Source of the DNA: Pavona decussata
Taxonomy: Eukaryota
Direction of reading: 5' to 3'
DNA: 64,000 bases
Assembly (NCBI GenBank): GCA_977016875.1
Contig: CDRNST010000049.1
Coordinates: 3,596,001-3,660,000 of the forward strand
The notes beneath the pieces were generated by a model. The model ran no database searches, was not told the origin of the DNA, and saw nothing but the letters and a program-made list of their open reading frames with translations. The position numbers were made by a program, and so were the translations under genes. Positions 49,550-61,744 of the stretch are shown here, piece by piece (within the stretch, counting starts at the first letter, position 1; each line of letters opens with the position of its first letter).

Positions 49550-50910
49550 ATGCTGGTTTTGCCACCAAATGGGCCATAGAAGGGGAGAGTGCCCAGAAAG
49601 AAAGCAAGGAAAGAGTTGGTGGTCAGAATTACGAGATGTTGCTGATTGTGATGGTGAATATAAATATATTCTTTGGAACAATAGAGAAATTAAGATAGGC
49701 GGTATAAAACGTGTTTTATAAACACTTTTTTTCAAAAGGTATTGAGTATACCGAAGACTTATTCTATGAAAAGACAAATATTGACCCTATTAATGCTGTC
49801 AGAGGAGAAAGGCTTTTAAACCCCATTTTTTTGACGTGGACAGGATTAAGAGACTACAAGGAGGGACGGATCGAGAGTAAATATTGTATGCACGAAGTAA
49901 AGATACGTTAATAGTTGTAGGCTTACAATTGAAACTTTCGTTGTCAAACCAAACTGGACAATCTGTTCCTCTGAATCGACAAACACGTCCACCTACTTTC
50001 AATGTTGTTCTTAATTGGGAAAATTTTAAATGTCGTGACTACTATCGATTGTTAATAAAGCTCAAGTATGAAAAGGCTAAGAAATGGGCCAAGTTAGGGG
50101 AAGAATTTGATTTAGAAGATAATTATATCACTGAAGCAGTTTCCAGTGAACCCTACTTCCGATCTTTTCAATATAAAGTATTGAATTCTATTCTTTTTAC
50201 CATTGACATCCTTTTTAAATTAGGCTACATTCCAAGCCCTAACTGTTCCTTTTGTCAAGATACCACTGAAACTAGAAACCATATATTGTTTAGTTGTCCC
50301 TATTCACACTCTTTTTGGATGGACGTTGTTGCGAACATTCTAAAGAACATAAGTAGTTCCTGTTGTCTCTTACTGCGTGACGTTACCAAAGGAATCTTGA
50401 AGGAGGGAATGGATCTAGTTAAGTATGTAATAGTTTTAAGAAAAACCTATTTATGGAGTTGTAGGCATAAAGAGATTAAACCGTCTGGAAGCCACTTTAA
50501 GAAAATTCTTGAAAATAAATACGAAACTGAAAAATATCTTGCATTTAAATCAAATAGAATTGTTTCTTTTCGCAATAAATGGAAAAACTATGAAAAGTTG
50601 CTTTAAAGTGGCTATAACCAATAACTAATCCTTTTTTTTTAGTTAATTATGGAATATTATCTTGTAAGTAATTTAACAAGTGCACACACGCAAAAAAAAA
50701 GAGAAAAGAAAAACCCTTTGTACAACCTTTATAATTTATTGTGCCTTGTGAAACTTACTAGTGAAACTTATGTAGAAGTATTGTTATACAAAAACTGTAC
50801 ACTAATACTCTGTGAAGCTCTCCCTTGGCTTTTTTATTTTAATAATTATTTGCAAATAAGGTTGTATGTTAAGCAAGATTGTATATTAGATAAAGAATGT
50901 TAAAAAAAAA
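49550..50910 (+). mobile_element. L1/Tx1 LINE ORF2 C-terminus, 3' UTR and poly(A)
   Basis: LWNNREIKIGG, FQYKVLNSIL, CCHC zinc finger CSFCQDTTETRNHILFSC (49884-50606), and an A-tract at ~50902-50911. Confidence 0.85.
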
Positions 50911-51537
50911 ATTGAGAACTGGCAAAACTCAAAAAGTATTAACCTCAGGCAGTTTTTTATAGGAATCTGTAAGACATATTTTTATTAATTTAAAATTTGA
51001 CTCAATTACGACATTTTCCTCTGTGGTGAAAATTCTGTCTTACGGATTTTTGTCTTCTTTTGCAGAAATGTTTATTCATGGCTTCTCTTCAAATCCTGAA
51101 ATTTTGAGCTAGAGTCGTACAGCTAGTTTTGGAGGTGGAAATGCTCAAAACATTTAGTTTCCAGTCCTTCTCCGAGAAATCGGCCTGCTATTTTTGTTGT
51201 TTTAAAGCTTGGCAAAATCGTTTTGAGATAAAAATCATCTTTTCTCACTGTTGGAGTAACAAACAACACCAAAAAAAGTTCCTCCTTACTGTTTCCTTTG
51301 CAATGGAATTATATCTTATTTTATCTACTAAAAACTGTAGTAAGCCACCTTAACTGACCATCTTAACCCATTGCAGCCCACGTGTTTTCGACAATTTCAC
51401 AAATTAGCATATTGTTAATTATTAACCTAATGTGCAGTAAAAATAGACAACTGACTGGGTCAAAGAAACAGCACTCCTTTGGTCTAGAATAGCTAGAATT
51501 TCTAATTGTCGAATAAAATATCCTAGCTGCGAATTAA

Positions 51538-54500
51538 AGGGTCACTACGATCAAAATTTTGCATCCCTTTTTTTCTTCAGCTTTGGAAAGTAGAAGTGAT
51601 AAATACTTACCACGCCAAATTTTACATCGAAATTCCAATGGGAAGGCCAGTTATTTTAAACGCGAAGTTCAGCTTCGCTGTGCCACCATTACTCGATCGA
51701 CAAATGACCGTGAACTACATAGAGAGCTGGATCTAGTTGCACTGACGTGAATATGACGTCATACCGCACAACAACATGGCCTGCTTTCGAATGTTCGATC
51801 TCACTGAAAGAAGCCACTTCTTTTTATTTTAGTGGCTCAAGGGCCGTCTTTACAACGCACACGTATTGTGGGCACACGAAAGAGACCTAATGGTGGTTGT
51901 TTGAACATTTATGGTTCTGAAATACGTCTAAAGGGGGTAATTTCTTCTGACAAATCGTCTTTTTGTACGTTGCACCGAAGTACTAGAGACATATCCTCTC
52001 GACGACTTCGACAGATGCTTCGAGGAGACTCAAACGCAAGGACTGCCATACAATGCTACTGCCTCGATGCTTACCTTTCCAGGGTAAACCGAGGGACTAA
52101 GTGAAGCTATTAGGCCAAGATAACTGATCGGAAATAAACTGTTTTCGTGAATGCGTGCAATGAAAGCAAGTAACGCGGAGTGGTGGTGTGTCTTTTTTGT
52201 TTACAGCTCATTGTAATGCTTTGTTTGTCTGGTGTTCATTACGTCTACTTTCTGTAAGTGTCATGCTTTGGTAAAATAAAAGTGCATAGATACTCCATTT
52301 TATTCAAAATTGCTTGTGGTATAATAAATATTGACAATCAACTGCCTCGAGTTTTTCGAATGCTCTCTTTGTACAAAGCACCCAATATATTTCTGAAATA
52401 CTTGTATGCCGACTGTAGAATACACAGCAAGGCGAGATTTTTGATCTGTATTAAATGAGGAATTGTAATGAAACTGATTGTGACATTGACATGAAAAATT
52501 CATCTCTATATATTGAAACAATCACATGATATGCGAAAGTACAGGTCACAAGAAATTTGCAGGCAACTTTCCAGCTAATGTGGACCTGCTGACACTCCAA
52601 CTTGCAAAATTTTCTAATGTAACCATCACTGATTACTGTGAGTCAAGAAGGTCTTGTGGCAATCCTATTTGGTCTGTGTTATTAACTAATTATAATACTA
52701 TTATTGAGCAATTTTTTTAAACATCACTTGTAAATATACTTTGACTGCACCTTTGTGCAGACTTGCAGTGAATATTATGCTGAAAGTTATCTTCTGGGAC
52801 AAGTCAAGATAATATCTACAATTTAATCATATTAGTTTGTACTAGAGAGAACAAATGAACCAAACTGACAAAATTATGAGACAGTATTTTGTCCAAACCC
52901 TTTCCTAAGGAGTGTGGAAAACTACCAGTGCTTGGTAAATTTCATCTTTGTGTTTGCATAAGTAATTTTGTATTTGTGCCTTCTTTTGTTTTCTTGGCAA
53001 AGTCTGTTATTTGGACAGCCAATTTTACAGCATTTTTTGTACAACATAATAAATTTCTAACAAAAGTATTGCACTGTTTTCGTATATACCAGAGACAGTA
53101 CAAAGGCGTCAACAAGGTCACCTAAGCACACCATGGTAAATAGGACTACCCATGGTAAATAATGCCATAGTAAATCCCACTTAGCTTTTAGTTTAGATCT
53201 GTCAACGACACTTCCTGAACCTTAAAATATTGGGATCTGTATTATTAGGGTTAGTTTAGGGAAGCATGAAGGCATTTTTCACAGTTACAGAAGATACCTT
53301 GTCCAGAGGAATGGGGCAGGATCTTACACGAAGGATCACATTGTACATAATGTGCAAATTTATAAATGGAAGGGAGAGGAGGAGAGCTACCAGCAAATTT
53401 TTGCAATATTTAGCATTGATATCATATCAATATGACAAGTAGGTACTGGTAATGCAGACTGTGTGTGTGGTTTTTTTAAAAGTTGCTGTCATACCCATGT
53501 CATCAAGAACCACTATGCTGCAGGCATGGTGAGAGTAGACAGCAAGACTGGCCTCTGACTTCAAGGGTAAACTTGTCTTTATACAGGGAAGGTTTTTCGC
53601 CAGTGGGATCATGGCATGCATTCTTGTGCTCTGAGTATTCTCATTCTTGAAAATGGTTATCAGAGAGGACCACAGCAAAAGGCATACCTTTAAATTTGAT
53701 CTTAGAAACTGTCAACATAGCTGATAGGAGAGTCTTCAAAAAAAAATCTCCTGGATATAGGTCAAGCACATTAATATAAACAGTGAAGGGATTATGGAAA
53801 TAGTTTACTGATGGCCCGTTATTTTGTTGGCTTGTTCATGGTGAGGGAGATTTGATTGTTATGTCATAACAGCAACAACAAAAACAAAACAAAAAAGCCC
53901 CCTCCCCCCTCCCCTCCCCCCCAAAAAATTATAAAATGTAATAAAGTAAAATATGTGGTATCATTGGCATAAAAAATGGCTTTGATATTTAAAGCAGGCC
54001 CTGTTCTTGGCTCTGGTTATTTTCTGAAGGCCAAAGTTAAAACCCACAGATATCAACATCCAACATACGAAAGCCAGGCTATTTGACAGAAGGAAAAAGC
54101 TAAACAGAAAAGAAATCAACAAACACATAGTATAAGTATAAAGCATGAAAATGTTTGTGGGGTCATGTAAGATAAAACTTACAAAGATGAAGTTCATGTC
54201 GCTGAACAAAAACAAAAAAATAAGCTGTAGTTTATGTGAAAATTTAGGTTAAAGTATTTTGGCCAATCTCCAAGAATAATTAAGGTATATCTGTGGAAAG
54301 GATGGTCATTCTTTCATAACTATAATATTTCAATTTTATGTCTGTGAACATTGTGTGATTTTGTGGGAAAATACACAATACTGTTACAGCACAGTGTTAT
54401 GCTGGCTCTTCTCACTCAACATGTAAAACGATTACAATTACAGTCTCAGTTTTAAGTGAGATCAAGAGGCTGGTTTGCTTGTTTCATTCAGATTCACACA

Positions 54501-55636
54501 TCCTCATTGACAAAGGAACAAACATTATTGAAATAACAAAAATGGGTAAGATATGTTGCAAGCCTACTAAGGTTTCCTCTTAAGCTGTCCTCCTAAACTT
54601 TCTTATTAATCTTTAGTTTTCCAGCTGCATTTGAGGGCTTTACAACAATTTATTGATGAATGTTACTTGGACTGTGGCTTTAAAATATTAGGCCCCTCAT
54701 GATTACTTCATTTACTGCTTGAAAGTTGTTGTAGAATGAGGAAGGGATCTAACCAGGTAATATCTGGTAGATTACAGCCCTAGCTGTAGTATTGTACCAT
54801 TGCAAATATTCTGTAGATTACAGCTATAGCTAACCACTTTTCAACTGAAGTTAATTATACATCATTTTAGTCTTGTCAAAGCTTTATTGAACTATAAAAA
54901 AAACGAGGTTAATAGTTCTTTTTTTCTTGACTCATTATGCAGCTCTGATTGATACTTGCAAACACCATACATGCCACCAACATAACATCAACATGTATTG
55001 GTCTGGAGTTATCCATCCTATTCAATAATTTGTTGCTCAAGTGCTTCTGCGAATGGTGATTAGGTTCTGTTTACTAATCCCAAATAGAAAACATGCCCAG
55101 AATATTAAATAACCACATGTCTACCTGAATTCGTTTCTTCTTCGGCTTTACATGTAAATCCCAGGCTTGAATGAGCTGTTCGCGTGTCTTCAAAGCGTAT
55201 TCTTTGCAGTCATACGACTCCAAATCCACCGCCAAGGAAATTATAATCCAAGATATTTAGTAAAATTGTCCTTTAGATCGCTTTTCACCAAACTGGATGG
55301 CGAATCTTACAAATAATCTTGCCTATTCACTTACTTAAGGACTTTCGATTACTGAGGTTTACTGAGTTCTTGCAAGGAACGCACGATGTTCGATGCGCGT
55401 ATGACGTCACACAAAGATCTCATACAAGCAACCGCATTTTAGAATCACCACGGGCGTCACTTTGCCGTCGGAGTAATGGCGGACGGGTTTTCAACGGTTT
55501 TCGGCCACTTATTCCCAGGATCAGTAAGCTTGTATAAAGCTAATTAATAGCTATTTTTGCAATTACGAACTCATTTAATGGATTGGAACACGGAAAGGGC
55601 GAAAATAGAAGTAAAAATTTTCGTCGTAGTGGCACT
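51538..55636. mobile_element. Non-autonomous/decayed Kolobok-like DNA transposon
   Basis: TTAA on both sides (51534-51537 and 55637-55640); TIR AG(G/T)G(T/C)CACTACGA..AAAATTTT starting with RR. No intact ORF. Confidence 0.75.
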
Positions 55637-57119
55637 TTAAAGATTACTCGAAAAACAAACCTGAAGGTAAAAATTTCGAAAATTTCGATGAAACTTGATC
55701 CTCGCGCGACATAGCAGTAATTTGATCCACTTTCGAGAAGACGTGTCTGTTTATGCAAGATTAGGCAGTCATCACGTTTCATCAATGAAAAAAGAAAGAA
55801 AAACAGGCAATAAAACTTTCATAAATGAAAACTTTTTTCAAATAAGTTTTTGTATTGGTCTTAGAAGAGAAGAAAACGCATATAAGCAATTGTGAGTCAA
55901 TTTTGAAGCAAATTTATCGACCTGTGCGGAGCACGCTTTTCAAAAATTTTGCAAAAACTGTTCAGAATACGCAGAATCGATCAATTAGAATAGTATTTCA
56001 GTACAAATTCACAACCAAACCTGTAATTCTTTGTGAGTTGTATTGCGAGAAACACTCGAACATCACCAAGAAGGTCCATGGTGAAAATAATGATTTGAGA
56101 TGCCCACCAGCTTGTCGCCTCGGCAAAACTACAAATTTTCCTCGAAGCATAATTTCTCCGCCGTTAATGCTTGGATTTCTGCTGTTGAAACTGTCGGATA
56201 TTCCTTAAAAGTTCCTCTTTCGATTTACCGTTTGGAAAAGTTGTGTTTTCCTTCCGAAAACGCGAAATTGGCGTCTTGAATATTTAAGCCTGAAGCGTGC
56301 GGCCCGTCATGATGGCTGAAATATTTTTCGGAAGACAAAAACCTTTTTATGCCGATACAATGCACTGAACGGAATTCGGGAGCTCTGCGCGGGGGCGCAC
56401 TAGTTTGCTGAAGATGATATGATGTACAACAAATGAACAAGTCCAGATTTGGCATTCCTTGGCCACTTAAATACTGTGGCGGTTTTAATTGAAACTCAAA
56501 TAAAAGTGAATTGTTTACAATGCCAATGGTAATTAAAATATCATTTTCAGCAAAGGTGGGGCGAAAAAGGCGCCCCACAGCTGGTAAGCGAAAGTACAAA
56601 CATAAATGATAATCCGAAAGATGGCGAGAAGGGAGCGGAGGGCGGGAAAATTGTTTTCGCCAGGAGATATACTCGCTGTGATGGTGAAAGCAAGAGGGAA
56701 TTCTTGCCAATGCGACCAGTCTTTTATACTAGCGGACAAATTAGGCTCTCCCACACGATTGGCTGTTATGTCACATGACAGACCACCATCGGATTAACAA
56801 ATATGTGCCTAGACTACAATCGGTCAATGTATCGACATAAATAACATCATGCGTTGACATGATGTTTGGTTTTATGCCGATACAATGCACTGAACGGAAT
56901 TCGGGAGCTCTGCGCGGGGGCGCACTAGTTTGCTGAAGATGATATGATGTACAACAAATGAACAAGTCCAGATTTGGCATTTCTTGGCCACTTAAATACT
57001 GTGGCGGTTTTAATTGAAACTCAAATAAAAGCGAATTGTTTACAATGCCAATGGTAATTAAAATATCATTTTCAGCAAAGGTGGGGCGAAAAAGGCGCCA
57101 CAAGCCACACACAACTGTG

Positions 57120-57745
57120 GCAGCCCCACCAAGACACCACTGCAGAGCTCGCGAATTGGAAACAAGAATAGCGAGTATAATATTGAATAGAGAATAATTT
57201 TGACGGATCAGTAACAGCCCATGACTGGCTTACGTCACCGCTGAACTGTAACAATACTCTGCTGATAACAGGCGCACGCAAAACGACAGAATATACGGTA
57301 TGGCAGCCCATGTCTGACCCAGGGGTCTATCACGCTATAGTTAAAGAAATTGAGTTAAATTTATAAAATATGTAAGGAAAAGAATAGTTGTTTTTGTTAC
57401 AGCTAAATAATTATCAATGGAAACTGTAGCAGCCCATAACCAAACCCATTGTACCAAAAAACACTCGATAGAAGCAACTAACTAGTTGACGACAGAAAAT
57501 GTAGCAGCCCATGTCTGTCCTACATGGTCGTCAGTGGGGTGTACAGCGATAACTAACTGACAACAGAAAATGTAGCAGCCCATGTCTGTCCTACATGGTT
57601 GTCAGTGGGGTGTACAGCGATAACTAACTGACAACAGAAACATGTAGCAGCCCATGTCTGTCCTACATGATCACTCTAGTCACTGTCATTAGCATAGTAC
57701 TTATAACTCTCCAGAAATGATAGCAGCCCATGTCTGACCTACATT
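57120..57745. repeat. Array of GCAGCCCAT motifs including ~71-bp tandem hairpin units
   Basis: Motif at ~57120, 57214, 57303, 57429, 57504, 57574, 57647 and 57723; near-perfect tandem units at ~57476-57670. Confidence 0.8.
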
Positions 57746-57820
57746 TGTTGGAGTCATACACAGAGAGAAAAATGATAGAATTGAGTTGGTGCGTGACCTG
57801 TTCTACCTACAGTATTAGAC

Positions 57821-58742
57821 TTAATTGGCGTGAAGGTGTTCAGAGCGTATATATAGTTTGAAAGCGTCAGATTTCCAGCGGCCAAGAGTGCGGATTTGAG
57901 CGTCCGAGAAACCCTTATCGGCCGCAAGCAAAGCAGCGCCAATTCGGAAGCTGTGGCCCTTATATCTACTAGGGTCAAGGCTGCAAAAGTGTAAACAACG
58001 AGAGAGTTCGGTGTTAAATTGGTAGACCGTAATAGGTGCGAGGTTTTGTTGACAGAATAACGGGCCCGGTAGGGCCCCTCGCGTTTGGCAATATTCTACC
58101 ATTGCTTGCACGGGGCAGAACGGCAGTTTCCTCGCGTTCAATTAAGATTTCAAAGGGTTTCCGGTCGGTATTGTGCTTAAATGCGGTAATAATGATCTTA
58201 ATCATTTGTGGTTGGCCATTGTGTACCAAAAATTTTAAATCCTTAAATTGTAATATGGAATCGACACGATCCACACTCTTAGCCGCCAGTTCACCAACAC
58301 GAAAGAAGCCGTAAAAGGCTAATAAGAACATCGCGGAGTAAAGACAACGTTGAAAGGCCGATGAATTGGTGTGACGGAGAGATTTAATAAGCTCGTGCAA
58401 TACCGGTCGAGTAATGGGTAAACGGAGGTCAGCCAAACGCTGGCGGCTTAAAGCTGTTGACAGCTTATGAATCAAAAACGATTTAGTTGGGTCGGAATAA
58501 CCTTTGATCTTGTGAACATAACTGATAGCCGAAAGATAAGAAATCGTAGAAGGTGCGAGTTTCCTTGCCGATAGGTAAGATATGAAAAGAGCTAATTGGT
58601 GAGAAGATAATGGTAGCTGGGGGGTTGATGACCCACAAAAACGTTCATAAAAAATTTGAAACGACCCCCATGCTCTCTGGTACGATTTTTTGGTGCCGGC
58701 CGTTAGAGCTGAGCCTAATAAATCCCTCAAGTGAGTGACCAA
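57821..58742 (-). pseudogene. Tyrosine recombinase (phage-integrase family), one frameshift
   Basis: Catalytic set visible across two frames: GFFRVGEL (R), FKHN (K), GHSFRIG (HxxR), LGRW (W), FKLYIR (Y). Frameshift at ~58130. Confidence 0.9.
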
Positions 58743-59443
58743 CTCTCCGGTAGAAGGTTCGCTGGTACTGTTGTTGGGAATTCGTCTGCCTCTGGCGCTA
58801 GTTCCTTGAAGTTGTCTACCTGAAATCGGGAGATGTAATCGGCTTGGCTGTTCTGCAAGCCAGGAACATGCCGAGCACGAAATAAAATATTATAACGTAG
58901 GCAACTAAGAACCAGGTCACGTAGAAGAACCATTACTGACTTATGCTTAGATGTTTGATTGTTGATAATCTCCACGAGGGCAGCATTATCTGTGAAAAAT
59001 AGCACGCAGCGGTTAGCCATGCTAGTCCCCCAAATGTGGACAGCAATAACAATGGGAAAAAACTCGAGGAAAGTAATGTTGAAACTGTGCCATTTGTCAG
59101 GAAAAGCGCCGCCAAACCAGTGCTTTCCAAATATCGCACCATAACCTTTTGATGCCGCGGCATCTGTATATAATTCAAGTGTAGAAGAATTGTCCCAGCG
59201 ATCTGACAGAAAAAATGCCCTGCCATTAAAATTATCTAGAAAGTCTAACCACATGCGTATATCAAGTTTAGCTTCTCTGTTTAAACGGATGTGGTGATGA
59301 GGGCGTGTCAGACCGGTGGTAAGGTCAATTAAGCGGCGTAAAAATGCACGGCCTGGGATGACAACTGAACAACAAAAATTCAACAGGCCGATTAAAGATT
59401 GCAGCTCGCGCAGAGTAACGGTAGATGAAGTAAGGTGCGACAT
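58727..59443 (-). CDS. DIRS-type RT thumb/RNase H region
   Basis: LQSLIGLLNF, GRAFLRRL, LYTDAA, ITFLEFFPI, FFTDN, HVPGLQNSQADYISR. Confidence 0.9.
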   Translation of the reverse strand: MSHLTSSTVTLRELQSLIGLLNFCCSVVIPGRAFLRRLIDLTTGLTRPHHHIRLNREAKLDIRMWLDFLDNFNGRAFFLSDRWDNSSTLELYTDAAASKGYGAIFGKHWFGGAFPDKWHSFNITFLEFFPIVIAVHIWGTSMANRCVLFFTDNAALVEIINNQTSKHKSVMVLLRDLVLSCLRYNILFRARHVPGLQNSQADYISRFQVDNFKELAPEADEFPTTVPANLLPESWSLT

Positions 59444-60420
59444 TTGGTAAGCTTGTCTAGCGGCAACCTGGCCTCCTGATGCACAGAATCAAGCTCTATG
59501 CCAGCGAATTGTAAAGTGGTATCTGGTCCCACTGTTTTCTCTTCAGCAATTGGGACTCCGAGGAATTTGCACATAGCGAGAAAATGGTGTAGATCTTTGC
59601 TGCATTTATCTTTATTAGGTGCAATAAACAAAAAATCGTCTAAAAGATGTAAAACGGCAGAGACATGTAAGTGTTGCGTGGCAAGCCACTCCAAAGAAGA
59701 ACTGAATTTTTCGAAAATAGCACAGCTTGACTTCAAACCCATTGCTAGACACCGATCAAAATAATATTCATTCGCCCAGTTGATACCGAGTAAAGGGTAT
59801 TCCAACGGGTGAACAGGAATAATACGGAATGCGGAATTAATATCCGTTTTAGCCAAAAAACAACCGGCCCCGAAGTTTTTTAGAATAGAAATGGCATCGC
59901 TAATCGTAGCATAATGAACTGATGAGCATTCATCGGGGATGGAATCGTTTACAGAAGAACCTTTAGGGTATGATAAATGGTGAATTAATCTAAATTCGTT
60001 AGGAGTTTTTTTGGGAACTAAGCCAATGGGCGAAGTGCGAAAAGTAGGATAAGGGGGAGCCTTGAAAGGTCCCACAACCCTACCAGCTTCGATTTCCTTC
60101 ATTAATTTTCCTGAAACGACGTCCGGGCTCTGTGGCGCACTTTGTAAATTAGGGGACTCAAAAGGAGATAATTCGCCGATGTAAGAAATTCGAAAACCAT
60201 ACTGAAAGCCATTAACTAAAAGGGTTTTAAGGGCTGGAGTATAACCGGCTAATAAAGCCTCAAACCGGTCCGCTTTTACGGGCGTGACTGGTGGGCTGTC
60301 CAACACTTGGAGTAATAACTGGCGATCCTGATTTGCCAACATTGGAGCGCTGGTGGGTTGGTGAGACCTGACATTGGCTGGCGGGATGTTTGGCATGGCA
60401 TTTAAAGCAAACATGCTCAT
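59392..60420 (-). CDS. DIRS-type reverse transcriptase (frame broken from RNase H by a small deletion at ~59425)
   Basis: SPIGLVPKK, FRLIHHLSYP, SSVND, AKTDINSAFR, LAMGLKSS, HLLDDFL, FAGIELDS. Confidence 0.9.
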   Translation of the reverse strand: MSMFALNAMPNIPPANVRSHQPTSAPMLANQDRQLLLQVLDSPPVTPVKADRFEALLAGYTPALKTLLVNGFQYGFRISYIGELSPFESPNLQSAPQSPDVVSGKLMKEIEAGRVVGPFKAPPYPTFRTSPIGLVPKKTPNEFRLIHHLSYPKGSSVNDSIPDECSSVHYATISDAISILKNFGAGCFLAKTDINSAFRIIPVHPLEYPLLGINWANEYYFDRCLAMGLKSSCAIFEKFSSSLEWLATQHLHVSAVLHLLDDFLFIAPNKDKCSKDLHHFLAMCKFLGVPIAEEKTVGPDTTLQFAGIELDSVHQEARLPLDKLTKCRTLLHLPLLCASCNL

Positions 60421-61168
60421 ATTGACATCCCCTACATTGTCTTCCAGCGTGAAACGTCCAGCATGTCCCTTTTGGGAAATTTTTTAGTTTTGGGGTGTCG
60501 TCAGAAGCCTTCTCTGAATAAATGGTTACAAAAGTGTTAAAGGCAGTAATCCACTGCTGTATATTGGTCACTTTTTTTGGCGTGTGAGAAGGCTCAAGTG
60601 TTAGCTGGGGTTGACCCGAGGCACCCGCAGTGGAGGTCATTGAAAGGGAATACTTTTCACGGGGGGGAGCTACTGACAATAACGCCCCAAAATCAATGTA
60701 TTCATGAGCCCAGATTTTGGCTTTGATTTTAGCACTAACTCTAGCACCTAAATTCATACCGATACTGGTAAATAGCTGACGGGGTTGATCTCCAGCACCC
60801 AAGGTAGAAAGTTGTGGATCTGTGGACTGCGTACCTGTGAGTTCTGTAAGGTTGGTAACCTCCTCGTCCACCACATGAGCAACTTGACGGTCTGCTGGAC
60901 GGTCTGCTGTGGGGTGGCTGTCAGAGACATTCGCTAGGGGCTGCACGGCCAAGGCATCTTTAACGGCTGCAGAAACAGCAGCGGTAATCGTGGAGGTGAG
61001 CGCTTGAAGATTCAACTGGACCATCCCCGAGCCTTGAGGAGGCTGGGCTGGAGGAGGTTGAACTTGTAGCATGGTAGCTGGCTCGGCCACTTGCAGATCA
61101 GATGCAGGCAACGGGCGAAGACACTTAGCACGTCTTGCAGGACCAGCAGAACGCTTCTTAGGTGGCAT
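60260..61168 (-). CDS. gag: DIRS/Ngaro gag-like protein (probable internal deletion)
   Basis: KIKAKIWAHEYIDFGALL, NIQQWITAFNTF and C-terminal CWTFH...C..C.YEHVCFKCHAKHP...C. It overlaps the RT ORF. Confidence 0.8.
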   Translation of the reverse strand: MPPKKRSAGPARRAKCLRPLPASDLQVAEPATMLQVQPPPAQPPQGSGMVQLNLQALTSTITAAVSAAVKDALAVQPLANVSDSHPTADRPADRQVAHVVDEEVTNLTELTGTQSTDPQLSTLGAGDQPRQLFTSIGMNLGARVSAKIKAKIWAHEYIDFGALLSVAPPREKYSLSMTSTAGASGQPQLTLEPSHTPKKVTNIQQWITAFNTFVTIYSEKASDDTPKLKNFPKGTCWTFHAGRQCRGCQYEHVCFKCHAKHPASQCQVSPTHQRSNVGKSGSPVITPSVGQPTSHARKSGPV

Positions 61169-61744
61169 GATGCAGCGAGAAGAAATAAACTAAACAATAA
61201 CGGAAGTTAGCGGACAGCCCTAACCCACATGCAACGGAAGCGAAAGCGGGAAAATTACAACCTCAGAGGGGCCGAATTAATTAAAGTAACCGCCAAGTTT
61301 TTGCGGTATGTGCAAACAGGAAAAAGCTGTTTACCGACTGATACGACGACGTTTTGTCCTGGGAGATTAACAAAGCCCATTTTCACCAATAAATCGATAA
61401 GCTTGACAGAAATACCAGTGCATTGGACACACCTACCGAAATAGGCGATCAAAAAGGATTGTACACTCATGCGGTATACTGCAAGCAACGATAATAACCA
61501 AAGCCGGTATAAAACAAAGGCACACTAATGTACTGTGCACTCAGGTGGCTAAAATGATTAGCCAACCACAATCAGATAAAGCCAACGTGAGCAGCAAGTT
61601 ATTCATATGTATGCGGCAAATTCCTGCCAGCAAAAATTAGCTGAATCACGAGGCAACAAAAACACGGCTTGGTTTAAAATGTACACTGTACAAATATTTA
61701 AAGGAAATCAAGGGCTTGGATTAGCTACAAACAAATAGTCCGGC

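Noticed and set aside
51930-52270. Decayed P2X7-C-terminal-like second ORF of the Kolobok element
   Set aside because: Only faint traces (IGN...AM...E...C) remain, which is not enough to support a call.
56225-57112. Duplicated 113-161 aa ORFs
   Set aside because: Chance frames within the split direct repeats, with no recognisable domain.
57476-57670. Hammerhead ribozyme or CRISPR array
   Set aside because: CTGACAA...GAAA only loosely resembles the CUGANGA/GAAA core, with no room for stem II. Spacers are near-identical and the context is eukaryotic.
57821-58742. Prophage integrase or bacterial contamination
   Set aside because: It overlaps a DIRS-type RT/RNase H and lies within split direct repeats; it is the retroelement recombinase.
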